Source: Octopus vulgaris (Eukaryota). Taken from it: DNA of 64,000 bases. Each line of letters begins with the position of its first letter. Positions within the stretch are counted from its first letter, which is position 1. Location of the stretch: assembly GCA_951406725.2 (NCBI GenBank), contig OX597817.1, forward strand, positions 118,668,001-118,732,000, in the 5' to 3' direction. Made by a program: the position numbers and the translations under genes. The notes below the pieces were generated by a model, which was not told the origin of the DNA, ran no database searches, and saw only the letters and a list, made by a program, of their open reading frames with translations. Of this stretch, positions 39,272-52,599 are shown one piece after another.

Positions 39272-39334
39272 TAATAAAACTCCGAGTTTCGGATGTCGGG
39301 GCGAAAAACTGCTCCGGCATCTCATCAGTTATTA
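39272..39334 (-). ncRNA. Type I hammerhead ribozyme, near intact (GUU triplet)
   Basis: Minus strand: TAATAA-CTGATGA-GATGCCGG...CCGACATC-C-GAAA-CTCGGAG-TT-TTATTA; 6-bp stem I, stem II shifted by one nucleotide at its base. Confidence 0.78.
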
Positions 39335-40064
39335 AGTCAAACAAAATATGCTATGAAAATGACCGTTAAACAAAGGGAAATTACTATGAAGATGACCGTT
39401 ATTAAGACAAACAAAAGAGCTATGAGAATGACCGTTAAATAAAGGGAATAAACCCCAAGGGGAGAAAGTCAAAAGCGCTCATAGAATTCGCGTATGCGCG
39501 CATGTACATACACATGCGCGCACGCACATCCACGCACATGTGCCTATATGCATAGGCTCACTCACACTCGCGTGAAACACATACATGCACACCCACACAC
39601 ATACGCCTATATGTGCACATATATATGTGACCATACACATGTACACATATAGATATCCGCACACACGCACACATACACGCGTATACATACCCATATGCGC
39701 ACAATTATATTCATATACACGCCTAAATACGCATATGCTATATATGCATATGCCCACTCAAACTCACATGAAACACATGCATGCATACCTGCACACACAC
39801 ACACACGGGTATATATACCCATACACGCTCAAATATGTTCATATATACGTCTATATACGCTCATGCACAAAAACAGTAGGGTGAAAGGTAATATACAGAA
39901 ATATATATATATATATATATATATACACGCATACTCGCGACGGGCTTCTTTCAATTTCCGTCAACCAAATCCACTCATAAGGCTTTGATCGGCCCGAAAA
40001 TATAGTAGAAGTCACTTGCTCAAGGTGCAAGTTTCTTACCACACAGCCACGCCTGCGTCTACAA

Positions 40065-40125
<61 letters not shown>

Positions 40126-40269
40126 ACACATATATTATAGAAATACATATATAATTTCGGTAGTGTATTTGCCAGGCGAGGGATATGATCTGGGACCGTG
40201 AGTTGAAACTAAAATGGTTGCGGTGTGGAAGATACATATTAGCCATTCAAAAACACATTAACTTCATCC

Positions 40270-41950
40270 AAAACCTGATGCCTTACATAAATGTCTCACC
40301 TCTTCAATACGCCCATTTTCCTTTGCTCCTCTTATCTAACTTACTTTTATAATTCTGGTGGGATATATCCATTAAACGTTTAACCCAATCCTGTCTATGG
40401 ATATAATACTGTGCATATCATCTCCTTCATTTCCCTGTTGGTCTTTGTTATTTCTACCGCTTTTACCAAGTTTCATAACTTTTCTATCAATACTCTTGGA
40501 AGGTGGTGGGGTAAATAAGAGGATCCATCCAGTTTCTGTAGTATCATGTGACAGTGAGATTTTGTGACTCTTCTGCTATGGATGTTACAAGTAGCTGGAG
40601 GTTGGTGGTAGTGATTCTCAATCCAACTTTTGTAATGTTTGCCGAGAGATTGTCATTCGCATAGAGGCCTGTTAACACCATTTTCCAGTCCTTCCATTCT
40701 TTTTAATAGCACTTCATGTAAGTAGTACCTCTAAATGATGTCAAGGTTTATAACTGCTCTCGCCTTGAGCGTTGGAATTATCTCCCCTCTAATATCAAAT
40801 TAGAACTCCTTCATCTGACCCAATATTAAACTGATTTATTTTTACTTTGGTGTACAGTCGACATTGCATGAAAAGTTAATCTAAGTTCACCAATAAAGGT
40901 TTTGCTTCCTTATTTTCACTATAGTAGTTATATCGTCCATAGAAGCAGACGGTGGTGACAGAACCAAGTTTCCTCTGGTCTTTACTTTCTCTCTCGGAAT
41001 CTCTTTACGCCTCTCAATACCAATTCCTTATGTATCACAAATAGAAGTGAAGAAAATGTGCATACCATCCTGATGCGCATTTCGTGTATCCACCAACTGC
41101 TCATTTACATTTTGCTGGTAAACCACATGATTACTGTCCCAAAATGCTGAATTGGGAAGTTTCTCACATTTCGGAATGCAAAAGCAATGTTTTATGTATA
41201 CACGTATAACGTACTGACCCATAAGCATTTTCCAGAGAAAGCCAAATAACTTGAAGATATTTTCGTTCCTTTGTGGCATGCTGAGTGAAACTCCAGATCA
41301 TCTACGCATAGACAACTTAGAAATCCCGGGCTGCGGTTTTCTGAACTGATGTGCCAAACAGTATATTCAGTACAAAGGACCCTGATCAACTTACTTTGTC
41401 AATTTTTTATAAAACACCTTTCACTTCACATCGAGGAGGAATACCAGCAACGCTAAAAAAGAGATATTTTTTGCTCCCTAGGCTCTTGCAGGCCTACGAA
41501 GCTCCAGTCCAGTATCTCGGCTCTTTACTCCACGAGTTTTTGCTCCAGTAAGTTCATTAACACACTGAGGGCGCCTGGGCTATGTCCGTAAACCTATTTG
41601 TTAATCTTACCCTCCTCAGGAATGATCCCTCTTGTTTGACTGTGAAATCAGAAAGATTGAACCTGGTCACGGGCTCATGTAGAACAACTCATAGCCGAGC
41701 GCAGGAGAAAGTTAATCTCTGAACGGAGTCCGAGAAACAACTGTAATGATAGCCCTCAAGTTCTTCAGATATATTTAAGGACTCCTGATTTGTTCAAGCA
41801 AGACTTTCATGAGCTTAAAAGGGTTGTGCATAATATATTCGTGAGAATTCCCTCATTTTGCTCTTTTCTGTGCATTTTCCGCTCTTTGGTATTCATAAAA
41901 TTTCATTGTTAACTCGCCCAACAAACATCAGGCAAATTGATTAAATCGTT
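40270..41950 (-). mobile_element. Decayed Hero/R2-group (RLE-type) non-LTR retrotransposon, RT region
   Basis: Minus-strand motifs in order: SVQK..PGFLSCL, VIWLSLENAYGSV, LLFVI, PPSASMDDITT, FDIRGEIIPTLK, matching Hero-type SVQKGG.PGF.GCLEH, VWLDLANAYGSV, PP..AFMDD. Confidence 0.75.
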
Positions 41951-42338
41951 ACGTGGTGAAATTTACTTCTCAATATTCGCTACATTTTTATGTATTTTTC
42001 GGAACTGATCTTTCCACATATACCTTGTATTGTACTCCGCCATCAATAAAGTAGAGTGAATCGTAGTAACACTGCCATGGTATATCATATTTTCAGCGTT
42101 TGAGACCTAACACAAGTGGTTTGACGACAGCTGATTCCTTTCAGAGAGAAAGGATTAGGAAGAAGTAACTAAAGTTCCACACTGGTAATTTATCCATCAA
42201 TCTTGAAAGGATAAAGGTCGAAGCTGATCCCGATGCAATTCGAAATCAGAACACAAATCCATGACAAATGCAACAAATACTGCAAAATATCCTACATGAA
42301 ATAATGACTCAGCTTATTCACTCACATGCACGTATATA

Positions 42339-42373
<35 letters not shown>

Positions 42374-45300
42374 TTCAGTATTTATTGATTTTTGTTTTTG
42401 CATATATTTTTCTTTTCGCTTTCTCGTCTGCAAGACAATGGAAGTGTAGTAATTTTAAGGCAGAAATTGTTATGGCAGTAATAACATTAATTACAAAATA
42501 GGAACTTCACGTTTTATCTGAGATCTAATAGCTGCGATGTTGCTAGTAGTAAGGGAGTTTAAAAAATATTCCTACTGATAAATCTGGCTTTTGTTTTCTA
42601 AAATCATTTTCGTTGATTTTTTTTTTTCCCACTTCTCTTTGAATTCTTCTTGATTCTCTTGCATTTCTGCTCTGCATATTTATTTCATTTTATTTTTCTA
42701 TATATTTATTTATTCGGTTGTTCTTAAGCGAAATAATAGATTCTTTATTTTCGGGGATCGTTTGATGTGGATACCAGCTAGTATTTGTTGCTATTAGAAA
42801 CGAACATAAACTAGGGTGTAATGAACGAAGAATTTTCTTAAAATCAATAGTGATGTGGTATTGATTTCTTACGTAGGTTCAAGGCTTGAGTAATTATAGA
42901 ATATACAAAAGAATGAGTAAGTGACGGGACACACATATCTTCTGAAAGGTCAACTATGAAGTAATTTGGCTTCTACTGTGAACTGAATCAGCTTTATGGA
43001 TTTGATGTACCAACCCACCGATAGAACCGTCACAAAATATAAGTTTAGGTCTCCCAATGAGATGCTGCTACACTTATCAACGGCTGGAGGAATCTGGTCT
43101 GTCATGTTCCAAGTAAGAGATATTTAAATGCTTTTCATTCGTAGAAGCAGTTACAAGTTACAGAACGCGTTAATTTACTAAAGATTGCAAGGGCTCTACT
43201 CGAATTTTGACGCACACCAGGGTTGATAGCATGTCTGATCCTAGTATATTTTGCCAATACACTCTACATGTTTTCAAGAGACTGATAACCTAGGTTAAAA
43301 TGGATTGATACGTTTTCGCGTAGTATGGTAGTGTACAAACAAACAGTGAGGCAGTTTGTAGCAAAAGGGAAGATCAAACTAGTTTGTGTTTTGTTGTGAT
43401 TGAGCACCTTCGAATTCAAAACAAAGTAATGGATAAATATGACGTTTTATCTGCATGTGTGCGGCTCACAGTCATATTTGTTGAGGAATAGTTAGTGAGA
43501 AAATTTGAACAGAAAATTCAATCGTATTCTTGAAGATTGGAGAAATATGTGGACTGCATGATGTGCGAGAAAAGTTTAGACTGCTCGATGTCCCTAGCTG
43601 GTCATCTTGCATACATTCAAAGGGTGAGGAGATGCTTCCTAGTTGATGATTTATCTATATCATAATCAGGTATTGTAGGATGTATTGTCCTGAACAAGTG
43701 TAGCACGAAAGTTGCTCTTCGGCTATTTTAGAATTATAGTTTAGAGGTTCGGTTATAATAAAATATGGAGGATTAAACCAAGATTGTTCAGTTACCGGCT
43801 TAACTGCCTCAAACGTATTTGGGGTGGAAATCATTTGTCAGCAACGTTAGTTGGCGTATAATTCATTCTATCAGTTAGTCAAAGGAAGAGAAGAGGTGAA
43901 GTACCCGTAACTTGTCACAAGCAATGTCCTTTAACTCCTCAAGCAGTTCCCCTAAGTTTTGCTGGCCTTCTCAAAATTGGCGGAGTTTCAGTCAAGTGGA
44001 TTCTTATAGTTCAATGAACGAAGATTGTTGTTCAATACGTTAACTTTGGATGTGCTGCAAAAAGAAACCGTAATGGTGTTGTAAAGCTTGGGTTTAGATA
44101 TATAAAAGAGAGCAAGGGTGTTTAAAATATTAACGTTCTTCAGTTAGCGACGTTTTGGAACAGTTGTTCTGCCTTTGTTGAATTGATGGCCCGGGAAATT
44201 ATATACCTCATCTTTTAGAGATTCTGCAACCCACAATCACTATATTATTTTTTATTAGGAAATCTTACAAAACATGCGGATAACACCATGATTATTTTCA
44301 CTCTTCAGTATCAAGCGTTGCTTTGTGTGACAGTCATTTTATAAAAGTAATGGATGATAAAACATGCTACTCTTAACATCAATAGAGAATTTATGGATGT
44401 GATGTAGATAGTGGTGTCTGATAGGCTACAGAAGATTTAATAGATTTTGAAATATCTAACACTATCCCACAAAAACTGCTGGTTTCACACGCATATATAT
44501 ATATATAGATACTAAGTTTAAAACTAAAACAAAATCTCTCTTTGATTAAAAGTATGCTCCATTATGTTAGAGTATATTCACTATTATAAGAGCGCGTTTG
44601 AAATTCATAAACGCTGCATGAAAAAGCTTTCAAGTAGTTAGCATTAATAGGAATTGAAGAATGTATTCTGCGATATATAATGTTTATGATGAAAATATAC
44701 TCTCCTCCATAAACTCTTGATGCATAAATGACGTTAGTTATAGGATAACCCAATATTTCTTCCCTCGATATGTAAATTGACATAAGTTACATTAAGTGTT
44801 CGTCGAAGGATTTTCAGCCCATTACAGAATGCAACGACCTGAGATCCTGATACATTACGTTTGAAGTAACACCTGTAAGTGGATTGCTACATGATTGTGC
44901 ATGCGATGAAGTCATTGTATATGTATGTACGTACATGTGTGTTTGCGTGCATGCGCACATGCTCATGCTGGTGCTCGCGCATATAAACAAATGTTTTTGC
45001 CATTTAAACAGCATTGTTATTCTTTAACGCGTGCTGAAAGGATATGCATAATTATTGATGATAATTTCAATAATTCAACACTGCATCTGAAATAATCTTT
45101 GTATACATTCTCTCTGGAATATTCAATTAATTTTTATGAAAGAAATATTAGCAAAATGATAATAATACTCATAATAATAAAGCCAAGAAAGTATGTTGAC
45201 TTATTTTTAATCATTTTGTTTTGTTAGGGTTTTTTTTTTTTGTTTTTGTTTGCTCGGGAAAAAATTGATAATCAAATCTACTTTCTTAGAATCATGATCT

Positions 45301-45628
45301 CATGAGAATTGCTTATCACTGGTTTCATTGATTCAATAGTTTCTTTAAAAATATCTTTATCAGAGATCTAGAGAATGGAAAAGGAGAAAAAAGATAATAT
45401 AAATTTAAAAACTAGTTACCAATGATAGATTTATCTAAATGAACCTGGCTGTGGGTACCTAAAAAAAAAAAAACTATGTATCGAAGAAGCGATTATAAAA
45501 CTCGAAGGAAGGAGCGGCATCTTCCTTGCCTTTATAAATCTCACCATAGCAACCTAGATATGTTTGCATGCTTGCGTATGTGTGTATATGTATATATATA
45601 TATATATGTGTTTGTGTGTGTGTATATG

Positions 45629-45674
<46 letters not shown>

Positions 45675-46373
45675 TATAACACTCGTAATAAAGTGGGAAC
45701 TTAACCTTGTGCGTCTATCAAATACGATCATCTATCAAATTTCAAAGACACATATTTGGTGTGGGCGGTGGCTTCTGAGAAGCCTAATGCTGTTGGCTGG
45801 TTGAAAGATTGAGTTGATACAGCTCATTCATAATAATTTTTTCATTTTGTTCGCGAAAACATGGACATGTGTTCATCTAAAAATTTATGTGGGTGTATAT
45901 GCATGTGTAGATATATATATATATATAGATATATATATATATATATATATGCATGAAAATATGTGTATATTCATTTATTCATTTACTTGTTTCAGTCATT
46001 TGACTGTGGCCATGCTGGAGCACCGCCTTTAGTCGAGGAAATCGACCCCAGGACTTATTTTATCAGTCTCTTTTGCCGAACCGCTAAGTTACGGGTACGT
46101 AAACACACCACCATCGGTTGTCAAGCGATGTTGGGGGTAGGGGGGCAAACACAACACACAAACATACACATATATATATACATATATACGACGGGCTTCT
46201 TTCAGTTTCCGTCAGCCAAATCCACTCAGAAGGCTTTGGTCGGCCCGCGGCTAGAGCAGAAGACACTTACCCAAGGTGCCACGCAGTGGGACTGAACCCC
46301 GGAACCATGTAGTTCGTAAGCAAGCTACTTACCATACAGCCACTCCTACGCCATATATATATATGCATAAAAA

Positions 46374-46419
<46 letters not shown>

Positions 46420-47178
46420 TGTCATCGTATTATGGCCACGCTGCAGCACCACCTTGGTGGTTTTAGTCGAACAAAACTATACGAATGCTTAATTTTAAAT
46501 CTGGTACTTATTCTAACGGCTTCTTTTGCTGAACTGCCAAAGTTAGGAGAGCCGAAACAAACCAACAGATGCAGTGGAGTGGTAGCGAGGAGGACCAGTA
46601 CAAAAACATGAGCACAAACACACACACACTTATATAAGCTTAATTTCCGTCTACCAAATTCATTCACAAGACACTAGTCGGTCCTAGTCTACATGAGTTA
46701 CCACGCAGATTGAAACCGAAAGTACAAAGTTCCAACGCGACTTCTTAGCCACACAGCCATGCCTGTGCCTATTTATGCGTGTGTTTGTATCTGTAGGCAT
46801 AGGTACGTATTTCTGTATATATTTCTTTAACTTAGTAGCTAACTTAGTGCTCTGACCATATTTAATCTGAAAAAGCTTCATAAACTCGTTCATATTTCAA
46901 AGTGTTTTAACTGAGGAAGATCTCACGAAACGTATGCATTTTCTATTATGTATTATACGGATCTGAAACGTGTGTATCAAATCATTTCAGAATATCACTA
47001 TTTGATTTGACTTTATTATTAAAATTAATACGACTCGATGCCAGGACAAACAAAATGGCCCAAATCTCACTTGTGTGGATACTCTAACGACGATTTGGAG
47101 TAGTTTATGTTTAACTAGTCGAAAACTCCGGTACCATGCACTACTTCTTAGCATAACACTGTGTGTGCATGTATGTTT

Positions 47179-47306
<128 letters not shown>

Positions 47307-47372
47307 CCGCGTGTGTATCGTTGGCGATTTTCTTTCTCCGACTTCCCTTCCTTGGACCTTTCCTTTTTCTAT

Positions 47373-47407
47373 GTTTCTGACGAAGAGCTCCGCTCGAAAC
47401 GTTAAAT
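47373..47407 (+). ncRNA. Minimal (Penelope-type) hammerhead ribozyme in a short element about 47305-47503
   Basis: GTTT-CTGACGA-A-GAGC-TCC-GCTC-GAAAC-GTT-AAAT; loopless palindromic stem III (AACGTT); element lies between (GT)n and (TA)n. Confidence 0.8.
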
Positions 47408-47500
47408 CCCCCTTCTTTCCTTTCCTGAGCGTCCAATAACACTATATTTGTTCTACGTCCTCGCGTTGTTGTGTTTTCTCCTTGTTCATGTTTGGAGTAG

Positions 47501-47537
<37 letters not shown>

Positions 47538-47541
<4 letters not shown>

Positions 47542-47793
47542 GTTGGTGCATAATTATTGCGGCTTTTTTTCAACAAATTTTATTCAACAAAAACAATAAC
47601 AATATTTAACAAAAACATCTTTAAATGACGGTCTGACCGTCTGCCAAACAAATGGGAAGCAGTAATTGAAGTAGATGGTGAATATGCTCCGGAATAATCG
47701 AAGATATTTTTATTACATGTTGTTATTGTTTTAGTTGAATAAAATTTGTTGAAAAATGCCGCTATAAGTATGTACCAACCAAATATACAACCA
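47538..47793 (+). mobile_element. mariner-derived MITE
   Basis: TIRs TTGGGTTGGTGCATAATT / AAGTATGTACCAACCAAA flanked by TA; internal transposase tail RLPNKWEAVIEVDGEY. Confidence 0.85.
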
Positions 47794-49926
47794 GAAAGTT
47801 TGCGAATATGTTGTGTAAATGTACATAAGAATCTTTAAGCAGGAAACAGATAATTTGATTCTAAGAAAAACTAGATTAGGGGAATATGTATTGTTTTTCT
47901 TTGTAAAAATTATAAAAGTGATACGGATTCAAGTTAAAAATAAGTCGACCGTTAGATAGACAGCGGGAGAGAGATATTTAGATATTATTGCTTAAAGACA
48001 TATAGGAGATAAGTATAGATGATTTTTTTAAAAAATTGATATCTATGAACTAAAATTAGGAATTGCATAAGAAATAAGATCATGACTTGTCAAAGAATTT
48101 TAATTTTTTTCTGTAGAAAATTTTGGCAACTAAAGTTTTTTATTGAATTGATAACTTTGCATATTGCTTCCGCACTTTACTCTTGATTATGAAGATACAG
48201 TTTTAGCAGTCTTTTCCTTAGTTGCTGGTCTTACTTAGATCTAAGTTACCTTCTATCAGGCAGACATGATGAAAACCGTTCTGTCACCTTCCCATATTTT
48301 TTACAAACTTAATAAATTCAGAACTATTAATTCAAGCGACGCCATTAAGGTTACTTTGACGAATTGTTTTCCCTTAGTAGAAACTTATTAAACACTCGAA
48401 TATGCCTGGTGTTATCCATATTTCTTTTATTCTTTCACTTCTTCATAAATTAAATGCAGCACACCTGTGTTTGAACTAAATTAGTTAAAACAAGCAAGTT
48501 TCAGAATACATCATCAAAACTAAAGTCTTAACTTAACTCCAAGCGCCCGTTACAGAATCTACCACTCAAAAGGTAAAGATCATGCCAAAACACCGTGTTT
48601 GGTAGTCTTGTGACGTCCCTTGGATCTATGTTTTTACATACAGTCTACAGAAAGAAATTATTCTCTGACATAAAATCCTACAGCGAATACTTTTCAATTT
48701 CTAGTAAGAAGGGGCATGTAAAAGAAGTTCACATATTTCTTCATAAATGTCCATGATTTGATACCACCAACTCTTAGAGCATAGCGGTTCTTCCAAACCT
48801 TTATATTCGACACTTTAATAACCCTACCAATTCGTGCCTTAAATGTTAATTTGCTTTTAAAATAGAACTCATTATTTTTATTGTTGTTTTATACATCATC
48901 TTTGTTCCTTTGAAAGCATACATCCAGCTTAGTAGAAATAGTTACTTCGTCGTATTTTCAGGTGTAGAATTTCTAGGACAATATTATTGATTTGTATTTC
49001 AAATATATCTCGGACTGTACTATCTGCTGCGCCCATCCATATTTATTATTTTAAAGACAATCGGTTGTGATTGACTACTATTTCTAGTATGATGAGCTAC
49101 CGTGTAGAAATTTCGTTTCCTTTTGATTTTAATGTTAAGCCCCAGATCAACCCTGATCGAGCAAAACTATGAAAGGAATTCCAGCCGTGATCATCCTGTC
49201 TTTTTTCTAATTACAGCTAACGCAGGAGCATATGTACTCTTTTCTGATTCAATTGTCTGAATCAAGGGAGATTTTGATGGTATTTCTAGCATGTAGATCG
49301 ACCGTATAATAGTACCTTTAGAAAACACTTGTTTGTCTTATAATCGACTGTCAGCCATTTGTTTCCAGGTTGTGGTTTTTATGGTTTTATTCGTTTAACT
49401 TTTGCTTTCAAAACAAAAATCAAGAACACAAATTTCTAGATTTCTAATATCGGTCCAACTTAATCATTTGGCTAGTATGGTGCCACAAAATAAATCCCTT
49501 TACTATCTTTGATGTTCATATTGCCACATGTGTATCCGTGCAGTCGATAATAACGGTAAACATATTTATCTTATCTAAATGATAAAATAAACTTAAAATA
49601 TAGAAAACCGTTTTATTTTTAAATACAGTTATTTACATACTGCACCGAACAATTTTGAAAAAAAAAGATATTTTTGCTTCAATATTTTCTTTTATACACA
49701 AACAGGTAATTTAACTAATTATCGAAATTGTCACGCAACACTGCTGAGCAGGCAGAGATTTTGCAGGCGATATATGATCTAATAGTTCTGTTAACACTAG
49801 AGTTTTAGCTAAGAGAAAAATGGAAGAAAAATATCTTGGTTCATAAACAGATTCTCTTAGTTATAATTATTTTCTGCGCTTAATATCAAATCATTTTTAT
49901 TTACATATATATTATTTAATTATATA

Positions 49927-50335
49927 AGGCGGCGAGCTGACAGAAACGTTAGCGCGCCGGGCGAAATGCTTAGCGGTATTTCGTCTGTCGTTACGTTGTG
50001 AGTTCAAATTCCGCCGAGGTCGACTTTACCTTTCATCCTTTCGGGGTCGATAAATTAAGTACCAGTTACGCACTGGGGTCGATGTAATCGACTTAATACC
50101 CATGTATGTCCTTGTTTGTCCCCTCTATGTTTAGCCCCTTGTGGGTAATAAAGAAATAGGTATTTCGTCTGTCGTTACGTTCTGAGTTCAAATCCGCCGA
50201 GGTCGACTTGCCTTTCATCCTCTCGAGATCGATAAAGTACCAGTTACGCACTGGGTCGATGTAATTGACTTAATCCGTTTGTCTGTCCTTGATTGTCCCC
50301 TCTGTGTTTAGCTCCATGTGGGTAGTAAAGAAATA
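49927..50335 (+). mobile_element. SINE family B tandem dimer with a long target-site duplication
   Basis: Full head AGGCGGCGAGCTGACAGAAACGTTAGC; second unit restarts at GGTATTTCGTCTG (50159); TATATATTATTTAATTATATA flanks both sides. Confidence 0.93.
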
Positions 50336-51389
50336 TATATATTATTTAATTATATAGCAACCAAGGGAGATAAACGTTAATAGAATATATTACGGCAATT
50401 ATTATGAGATTTATGATAGACAACGAGTTGGTACATTCCTTAGCAAGTGGTACGACATGCTTAGCGACATTTCCTCCGGCACTTTACGTTCTGGGTTCAT
50501 ATGCAGCCAAGAGTTTTTCATCTTCATCCTTTAGGGGTAGACAAAATTAATAATCGAGTACTGGAGTCGATGTGATCGATTAAACCCTGCCCAAAATTCA
50601 GGCCTTGTGTCTATAGTTGAAAGAATTGTGATTTCGTAAGACAGAAACTGATAAAATCAATAGTGACTTTTGAAACACACTGAGTTAAACCATCCGCGGC
50701 GCACTAAAACATCAAGCTGCATACAAGAGCCACGCAATAGATCCGACTAAGCGAGGTGGAGTCTCTCGACCTCCTAGATACAAGTGCCAAATCTCCTTGA
50801 AATCAAACTCTACCGTCATAGAAACTACATTAGATAATATGATTCAAATTCCTCGCACGAAGGGAAAAAACGCCTTAAGCGGTCAAACATGGGTTTTCTT
50901 TGATCATATTTTTGCTTAATCAAAACTAATCTGAAGTCAAATAACATCTATACAGATTGTATCACTCTTTACTGCCTGCACACAAGTATTTATAACATGC
51001 AAACTCAAATTTTCACACCTCATTTGAGCATAGGCCCTGAAAATATTTCTCAATCATAAGTTTTACCTCCTTCATAAATGCAAAGAACAGTAACTGCGAA
51101 TATCGCTGAAACCACATTATACCGCACCTTTTCTCGACCTGGACAACACGCTACAAATATTAGGCCTTACAATCACTAGTATATATCGTAGTGGTTTAAA
51201 TCTTATAACATTGCAAATATCTCGTCCTAAAGACTGGCCATCTTACACAGACAGAAAACTCTTTTGCAGCTGCTGCTGTCACACACAAAACTTTTTCGAT
51301 CACATCCAAAAGAAAGTCATTCAAACGATTAGTAATGATTCCCCCACGAACACATTTAGCTGTATACATATAGTTTTCTCCCGTATGTA

Positions 51390-52599
51390 CACAAATATGC
51401 AGGAAGTAAATAGACACCTTTAATTTTCAAAATCTTTTATTTAATACGCAAAGCGAACAATTGAAATGTAATGATAGATAGGACTACATACTTTAGTATT
51501 TAGTTAACATTCCCTTTGCAGTTTTTAATGCAGAAACTCTTTTTGGCATTGAACCGATGAGCTTTGTGATTGTCTCTTGTGGAATTTCTGTCCACTTTTT
51601 ACGTAACAATCGAAACAATTCATCTTTAGATTTAGGTTTCTGTGGAGTTTTTCGTATAGCTCTATCTAGTATGCTCCAAAGATTTTCAATTGAGTTCATG
51701 TCAGGAGACTAGCTCGACCAAAGAAGCTTTTTGATCCCATTTTCAGTCAACCATTGTTGATTCCTTTTCACTGTGTGGCAGGGAGCCCCATCTTCCATAA
51801 ATAAAAACTCATTTTTCATTATGTTATCGTAGTCCTTACTTAAGTATTTCGATGTATTTTTCAGAGTTTATGGTTCCAACACATTCGATCAGCTCAGAAC
51901 GACCATTGCTGGTGACAGCTCTCCATACCATTACAGAGATAACACCATGTTTTACAGTTGGTTGGAGTCGTTTCGAATCAAATTCTTGATTGGGAAGCCT
52001 CCAGACCCAAACATGTCCATTGTCTAAAAATAGTACAAATCTGGATTCATCTGAGAAAATCACTCTATCCCAAAATGAACTGGATTTTTCTGACATCTCC
52101 TTAGCTCATTTCTTTCTTTTCATAGCTGCACGTCCATAATACACAAGCTTATGCAAATATGTAACACACGTTCTTGGACTTTGCAATGTCAGAAACCTTC
52201 GAAAGGGGTTCGTTTTCCACAATTCTTTTCAAACAGCGAAACCTCCTTTCCGAGGGCCCAGGTCGGCCGGGACGAGAATCTGTTGATTTTTTTTCCTTGG
52301 CTTTTGAATTGCACTATAATTCTTTTAACAGCAGCAAGTGGAATTTGAAGATTTTCGGCAATTTTTCGCTGGCTAAGATCAGCCTCAGATTGCCCAATGA
52401 CACGACCTCTTTGAAAACCTGACAGTTCTGCTGAATTTTTTGTGCGTGGCATGGTTACTCTTCGCAAATGTTTAATATAATGGCACCTAGAATATAAAAA
52501 AAATAATTACATTGTAAATTCTACACATAGAAAAACATATTAAGATGCTTAGATCAGAAATATTGGAAATTAAAGGTATTTACTTCCTGCATGTCTGTG
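51390..52599 (-). mobile_element. Full-length Tc1-like (DD34E) transposon with disrupted transposase
   Basis: TIRs CACA(A/G)A(T/C)ATGCAGGAAGTAAATA...CCTTTAATTT with TA on both sides; MPRTKNSAELSGFQRGRVIG HTH, VIFSDESRF, MEDGAPCH, SPDMNSIENLW; frameshifts and stops. Confidence 0.95.

Noticed and set aside
42900-44250. Possible decayed LINE or exon-bearing unique sequence
   Set aside because: No ordered motifs or credible splice pattern could be recovered by eye.
46905-46940. Hammerhead-like CTGAGGA...GAAACGTA
   Set aside because: Stems I and II do not pair; at best a very decayed copy.
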